49,211 nucleotides of DNA from a virus. Its lineage: Duplodnaviria > Caudoviricetes. Within the stretch, counting starts at the first letter, position 1; the number at the start of each line of letters is the position of its first letter. Below the pieces are notes generated by a model that saw nothing but the letters and a program-made list of their open reading frames with translations, made no database searches and was not told the origin of the DNA. The stretch spans positions 1 through 49,211 of IMG/VR virus record IMGVR_UViG_3300023171_000018. The stretch is one strand, 5' to 3'. Shown in pieces: positions 44,389 through 49,211 of this stretch. The translations under genes and the position numbers were made by a program.

Positions 44389-44930
44389 GAGTTATTTTTC
44401 AGCCCATGTCGTTCAAGTACAACGTCCAGTAGGATAGGCTTAAAGTCTGTCTGTTCTACTGAGACACAGTCATATCGGTCATCTCGAATACCCGGAGTTC
44501 CGTCCAGCATAATGCTATTCGAGTGAAGATGGCCGTGGATATTCACTACCCATCGAGAAAGAGACTGGGGGTGAATAGGAATGTGCGTCAGAATGAAACC
44601 CTTTTTGACTACACACGCCCGGACGTCATCGAAGAGTTCGTTATACATCTCCTTCTTACCGTCTGGGTCGTGGTTACCCTTCACCAGTACCTTACGTCCC
44701 TTCAACCGACTGACAGAAGAACGCATCTTACTGGTACTGAAGGCGACATCACCGAGGATATAGACTCGGTCACCGTCATCGACGACTTCATTGTACATCT
44801 TGATGAGATCTTCGGTCATCTCATTCGCATCATCCCACGGTCGGACCTTACTCCCGTCGTAGTTAGTAAAGCGACAGATGTTGTCGTGGTAAAAATGTGG
44901 GTCGGCATACAGCCAAGTTCGTCCGCTCAT
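44385..44930 (-). CDS. Calcineurin-like metallophosphoesterase
   Basis: DPHFYH, LGDV, GNHD, THIP and HGHLH motifs. Confidence 0.9.
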   Translation of the reverse strand: MSGRTWLYADPHFYHDNICRFTNYDGSKVRPWDDANEMTEDLIKMYNEVVDDGDRVYILGDVAFSTSKMRSSVSRLKGRKVLVKGNHDPDGKKEMYNELFDDVRACVVKKGFILTHIPIHPQSLSRWVVNIHGHLHSNSIMLDGTPGIRDDRYDCVSVEQTDFKPILLDVVLERHGLKNNS

Positions 44931-44940
44931 GTCTTCTCCT

Positions 44941-46773
44941 TTAGTGCGTTTGAGCCCATGTCAATCCTTTCTTTGCTTCTCCATCCAACGGGACAGTGAG
45001 ACTGAGTTCCACTCCTGCTGCTCGGATAGCTTCGACACTAAGTCTGGCATGGGTATCGGCGTCTCTAGGATCGCAGTCATACTGCCATTCGTCGTGGATA
45101 TCCCCAACTTTAAGCGAGTCAAGTCCATTACGCTGGATATTTCTTTCAAGATCAATGCTAGCTGCTGCCATGACTCTAGCCCCCCCACCTTGTAGCTTGT
45201 AGTTGAGAGCCGCGTGAGGGGATGGGCAGACGACTTGAGATCCATCAAGTAGGGATACGCGTCCTCGTTCTTGTTCTGAGATACACTCATCAATCAATTC
45301 CTTCAAACCCAACCTTTCGAGAAACATGTTCCTGATCTTTGCTCCTTCACGAATAGGAACACCCAGAGTCTTTGCGATCTTAGGTGCAGCTGCCCCGTAC
45401 ATAATGGCATAGATCAACGTCTTAGCCTGAGGCCGAGTAATCCCTACGACGTCAGCATTGTACTGATGTGGATCACCCTCGACTACCTGCTTAGTGAAAT
45501 CTGGACGGTTAAGGTAATGAGCGAGCATCCGGAGTTCAAGCCCTGCTGCATCAGTTCCAACAAGAACTCTTCCGGGTCTTGCACACCACAAATCTCTAGC
45601 TTCATAAGTGTAGTAGCCTGCTTCGTGTAAGAGAACTGCACCAGTTTTGTCTGTCCGAACCGCCGGGATATTTGCAGTATTGGGTGCTTGGTGTCTGCAA
45701 CGGAGGGTATCCGCCAAGTACAACTTACCGTGTATCTTTCCATCTTCTTCGTCCCAGTTGTCAAGCCATGTATTGATCATGTTGGCTCGGCCGTTAAACG
45801 CCATCCACTTCGCCATCATAGCGACTTCAGGCGTCGGAGTACCCTCAAGAAAGCGTTCCAGTGACGGAGACATGACACCCTTCTCGAATGGTTTGGGGTT
45901 ACCCCCACCCCCCTTCTCGGTCTTCGGAGTGAACTCCTCTGGAACCCAGCCTAACTCTAGAAGCTTCTCAGTTCTTTGTTGAGGGCTTCCAATTGAGAAA
46001 GGGATGTCTTCATAAGCTTTGTAGCTTTCTTCATCTTCCCCGGGTTCAAGTATGTATCGCGCCTGATCCTTGAGATAGATAGCTGTAGGCTCACCGTCTC
46101 GTCTCTTATACGATCGTACAGCAACAAGCCGTCGTTCAGCCGGGAAGACTCGTCTGATTTGTTCTTCAAGATCGGCCTCCTTAGCCCGGATCGTAGTGTA
46201 TAGTTGTAGTGCTCGTTGACCGTCGAACTCAAACCCGTTCTTACGCTGTCGTTCGAGGATGACAGTGAACCGATGCTGAATCCAGCAACTCTTTTCAGAG
46301 AAGCCAATGGAGTTCAGCGTCTTAACCAACCGGAGGTAGAGTTTCGCAGTGACGAGGACGTCCTGATGACAGTACGTTACCATCTCAGGAGACAGCCTAC
46401 TCCAGTCGGAGAAGTGCCCTTTCGGTTCGCCCATCCTCTCTCCCCACGCTTCTAACGAATGGCCGCCTCCCAGATTGGGTGAATATAGGGAAGCAAGTAC
46501 GAGAGTGTCGATACAATTACCCACACTGAGACGGACATTAAGCAGACGTACAAGAGACGGAGCATCGTACTTGAGGATATTGTGGCCGATATAAACGGCA
46601 CCTTTCGTCGCATCAAAGAACGCCTTTACTGAGTCATGGGATAGGCACTCGCCTTTCTCCCCGGTTTTGAGGTTTAGCCAACACAGACACCACACCAATG
46701 ATGGGTATAAACTGTCTGCTTCAATATCGATTACGTAATAGTCTCGGGTGTCGTCTTTCCAATCAAGATACAT
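44941..46773 (-). CDS. polA: Family A DNA polymerase with 3'-5' exonuclease (T7-like)
   Basis: DIEAD, GHNILKYD, YCHQDV; DAAGLELR, KTLIYAIMYG, IHDEWQ. Confidence 0.95.
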   Translation of the reverse strand: MYLDWKDDTRDYYVIDIEADSLYPSLVWCLCWLNLKTGEKGECLSHDSVKAFFDATKGAVYIGHNILKYDAPSLVRLLNVRLSVGNCIDTLVLASLYSPNLGGGHSLEAWGERMGEPKGHFSDWSRLSPEMVTYCHQDVLVTAKLYLRLVKTLNSIGFSEKSCWIQHRFTVILERQRKNGFEFDGQRALQLYTTIRAKEADLEEQIRRVFPAERRLVAVRSYKRRDGEPTAIYLKDQARYILEPGEDEESYKAYEDIPFSIGSPQQRTEKLLELGWVPEEFTPKTEKGGGGNPKPFEKGVMSPSLERFLEGTPTPEVAMMAKWMAFNGRANMINTWLDNWDEEDGKIHGKLYLADTLRCRHQAPNTANIPAVRTDKTGAVLLHEAGYYTYEARDLWCARPGRVLVGTDAAGLELRMLAHYLNRPDFTKQVVEGDPHQYNADVVGITRPQAKTLIYAIMYGAAAPKIAKTLGVPIREGAKIRNMFLERLGLKELIDECISEQERGRVSLLDGSQVVCPSPHAALNYKLQGGGARVMAAASIDLERNIQRNGLDSLKVGDIHDEWQYDCDPRDADTHARLSVEAIRAAGVELSLTVPLDGEAKKGLTWAQTH

Positions 46774-46932
46774 TTAATCTCCCAACAAAATCAGCTCATC
46801 ATATACTCTCTTAGCAATACTTGTTTCCCACTCTTCTTTGAAAGTTGTCATAGGAGAACAAGCTGAGGTGTAACTCCCCCACCCTTCCTCAAAAGCATGT
46901 AGAATCTCATACGCAATTGATCGATTATCCAT
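46774..46932 (-). CDS. Hypothetical protein, 52 aa
   Basis: ATG 46932 overlapping the helicase end. Confidence 0.55.
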   Translation of the reverse strand: MDNRSIAYEILHAFEEGWGSYTSACSPMTTFKEEWETSIAKRVYDELILLGD

Positions 46933-48553
46933 TTTGACCGAACTGATCGAACTCGTGTCCTGCTCCTGAGCCACCGGCTTCATACTCCTCTGCTAATTCA
47001 CGATTAAGTTCTTCAAGCCTACCAGTCATCTCGTTGTAAAAGAGATAGCAAGCTGGGCCTGTCCGTCCGAACTCTCGGTTCTTTTCGACAGTAATACGAG
47101 TGACATTCCGACGCCATTCGTTGACGTCTTTCTTATCACGCTCCAGCCGGATGACAGCGTTACTCACCTGCTCCGGACCTGCGGAACCACGGACCTGACC
47201 CTGCCGGTTGATGTGGATGACACAGACACAGCAGATGTCAAGATTCATGGTCAAAGTCTTCAGCTTCGTAGTGATCTCGTCTAGCTGTTTCCGTTCATCA
47301 CCGCTTTGATCAGATACAATAATACTAAGATGGTCGACAAAGACGTAGCGGCAGCCAAGTGCGGCCATATGTCGGATCTTCGCGAGTACGGAATCGATAG
47401 AACTACTGCCGAAGTGGTCATAGATAACCACGCGATCGGTATCAAGTACAGCACGGTAAGCATCTGAAAGCTCCTGTGGTGTCCGCTCCACGTCGGGGAA
47501 GTGGTACGGTTTGTTGTTGTGGATGGACATCAAACCCAAAGCTGTCTTACGCTTAGGTTCCTCGAAGTGAAGGAAACCTACGCCAGCTTTTTCCTCAATA
47601 AGCTCAGGATCAGTGAGGAGCTTATACTGGATTTCTTTGATGAAACTCGTCTTACCGACACCGGTGTCAGCTGTGATGAGAACAAACTCAGAAGTCCTAA
47701 GTCCGTAGAGGAGACCATTGAGCCCCTCCCACGGGTAAGGTACACTTTTGGGCTCAGTGTAAGTAAGGATTTCTTCCAATAGCCTCGGATCAGTTCCAAG
47801 CTGGAGACCGTCGGGCATGAAAGCAGGTGCTCGGAACCATTCATGGATGTATTCACTCTGCCACCCCTTCTTGAGATAGTCATTAGCGTCCTTCGCTTTA
47901 CTTAGTTCGAGGATACGAACCTTCCCGGGCTCGAAGAGCGAGGCGATTTCCTCCGCTGCCTTCTTACCGGGGTCGTCGTTGTCGAAATTGATGACGATCT
48001 TGTTGAAGCCGTTGAGATATTCGAAATTGTCAATGACTTGCTTCTTCGCTGACGAAGCCGACGTGACACCGACGTTAGCATACCGGGCACCAGTGAGATG
48101 CCAAGCACTCATGGCGTCATAGTACCCCTCGGTGAGGGTCACAGATCCCTTAGGATCGACAGGGAACAGTGGTTGACCGAAGAGCTTGGCTCCTTGGACG
48201 ATGCCTTCGAACTTAAACTTCTTGTCAGGAAAGCGGAGCTGGTTCGCTACGTGTTTATCTTCTTGGTCGAAGAGGGGGAAGACAGCTTCGTATGTCGGAT
48301 TGTCGCTCGTTACCTGATACTTCTTCACTGCACTAGCAGGAATGGCTCGGTCACGGATAGGTGACGGGTTGCCCTCCAACAACGGATTGAAAGAGAACGT
48401 CCTTCGTGCGGGTTCGTGGTCTATCGTATTATCTCCCTTGCTTGGTGTGTTACAGGCGAAGCAGAACGTATGACCATCTGTGTATAACGAATTACCGTCC
48501 GACGATCCACACGCTTCGCAGGGTATGTGTCGGACAAATTCGCTGTCACTCAC
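46925..48553 (-). CDS. DNA primase-helicase (T7 gp4-like)
   Basis: CEACGSSD Zn finger, TEGYYDA/FDND TOPRIM, ADTGVGKT, VDHLS and RGS motifs. Confidence 0.95.
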   Translation of the reverse strand: MSDSEFVRHIPCEACGSSDGNSLYTDGHTFCFACNTPSKGDNTIDHEPARRTFSFNPLLEGNPSPIRDRAIPASAVKKYQVTSDNPTYEAVFPLFDQEDKHVANQLRFPDKKFKFEGIVQGAKLFGQPLFPVDPKGSVTLTEGYYDAMSAWHLTGARYANVGVTSASSAKKQVIDNFEYLNGFNKIVINFDNDDPGKKAAEEIASLFEPGKVRILELSKAKDANDYLKKGWQSEYIHEWFRAPAFMPDGLQLGTDPRLLEEILTYTEPKSVPYPWEGLNGLLYGLRTSEFVLITADTGVGKTSFIKEIQYKLLTDPELIEEKAGVGFLHFEEPKRKTALGLMSIHNNKPYHFPDVERTPQELSDAYRAVLDTDRVVIYDHFGSSSIDSVLAKIRHMAALGCRYVFVDHLSIIVSDQSGDERKQLDEITTKLKTLTMNLDICCVCVIHINRQGQVRGSAGPEQVSNAVIRLERDKKDVNEWRRNVTRITVEKNREFGRTGPACYLFYNEMTGRLEELNRELAEEYEAGGSGAGHEFDQFGQNG

Positions 48554-48866
48554 CGAGTTCTTTCTTCAGTGCCTCTAGTTGACGACGCTTATAAGCCCGC
48601 AACTGCTCAGTGTGAGCGGCGGACTGTGCTAGACGTAGCTTCTCTTCTTCGTCAGTTTCAGGACGAAGGTAAAACAGTGTCGTATAAGTGTAGCTGCTGT
48701 CGTAGTCACTCTCTACATGGATCTCGATATTGTCCCAATACTCGATAGGTACATGCTCACGAACTGCCGTCAACTGCTTCAATAGATCATCGAGCTTGGT
48801 CGTACCGTCGATATCAATCGAGACCTCATTGATAGGAATGCTTTTATTGTACTTAACCATCTTCAT
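48546..48866 (-). CDS. Hypothetical protein
   Basis: R.ETDEE...R coiled-coil pattern common in phage proteins. Confidence 0.7.
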   Translation of the reverse strand: MKMVKYNKSIPINEVSIDIDGTTKLDDLLKQLTAVREHVPIEYWDNIEIHVESDYDSSYTYTTLFYLRPETDEEEKLRLAQSAAHTEQLRAYKRRQLEALKKELGE

Positions 48867-49008
48867 ACTCCTTCATAGCTTTCTCTCCCTTCGGTGTCAC
48901 GAACCCAAGCGGATCGACCCAACCGTTTTCGTAGCACGACATACCAGAGTCATAAAAGGTGTCACCTGTGTGGTCACCCGTCATGAAACGGTATTCATCG
49001 TCAGTCAT
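48853..49008 (-). CDS. Hypothetical protein, 51 aa
   Basis: ATG 49008 overlapping the upstream stop. Confidence 0.55.
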   Translation of the reverse strand: MTDDEYRFMTGDHTGDTFYDSGMSCYENGWVDPLGFVTPKGEKAMKEYEDG

Positions 49009-49211
49009 AGACAGGTTCACGTCGTACTTCCTCAGGGTAGTCGTAGTCGTCATCGAGTATTACGAACTTGTCGTCTTCGTCATCACGACTGAAGCCCTGT
49101 GAAAACGCGGCATCGAACGCGGCATCTAGACAGACAGTGCATAACTCCCATGTCCCCAATTCTTCGTTGAAGATCGTTTCCTTATCCGACATGTCTTTAT
49201 CGCAGCAGTTG
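49001..49211 (-). CDS. 3' part of the junction-spanning Cys4 small protein
   Basis: Intact frame ...ELCTVCLDAAFDAAFSQGFSRDDEDD...VYD. Confidence 0.65.
   Translation of the reverse strand, partial: NCCDKDMSDKETIFNEELGTWELCTVCLDAAFDAAFSQGFSRDDEDDKFVILDDDYDYPEEVRREPVYD
49063..49211. repeat. Terminal overlap, copy 2
   Basis: Matches 1-147 with 2 extra nt. Confidence 0.9.

Overview
The window appears to be a complete, circularly assembled genome (~49.06 kb; 1-147 overlaps 49063-49211) of a lytic podovirus-like dsDNA phage with no RNA polymerase or integrase. The host is probably an alphaproteobacterium; this is inferred from spanins and EcfG/sigmaT-type promoters. Two arms diverge from a non-coding control region at ~13.65-15.06 kb. 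The minus arm carries a structured leader RNA, many tiny early genes (including an Rmf-like peptide missed by the ORF track) and a pyrimidine-dimer glycosylase. It continues with an expanded phiEco32-type amide-ligase cluster (GGCT, two GNAT-like paralogues, class I and II glutamine amidotransferases, two COOH-NH2 ligases, ATP-grasp) and a 2OG-Fe(II) oxygenase. Across the junction it carries a T7-like primase-helicase, PolA, SSB, nucleases, nucleotide hydrolases, a GIY-YIG endonuclease and a class II RNR. The plus arm encodes terminase, P22-like head, tail and ejection proteins (including a 1477-aa polyvalent protein) and a GH108 endolysin/holin/spanin cassette. The most unusual signals are RNA-level or regulatory. 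They are tandem stress-sigma-type early promoters feeding a ~450-nt folded RNA, a repeated covarying internal-loop hairpin, a 19-bp inverted repeat clamping the first early gene, and two outward-facing copies of a promoter/AT-rich/hairpin element bracketing the ligase cluster. All family assignments are from motif recognition by eye, not database searches.
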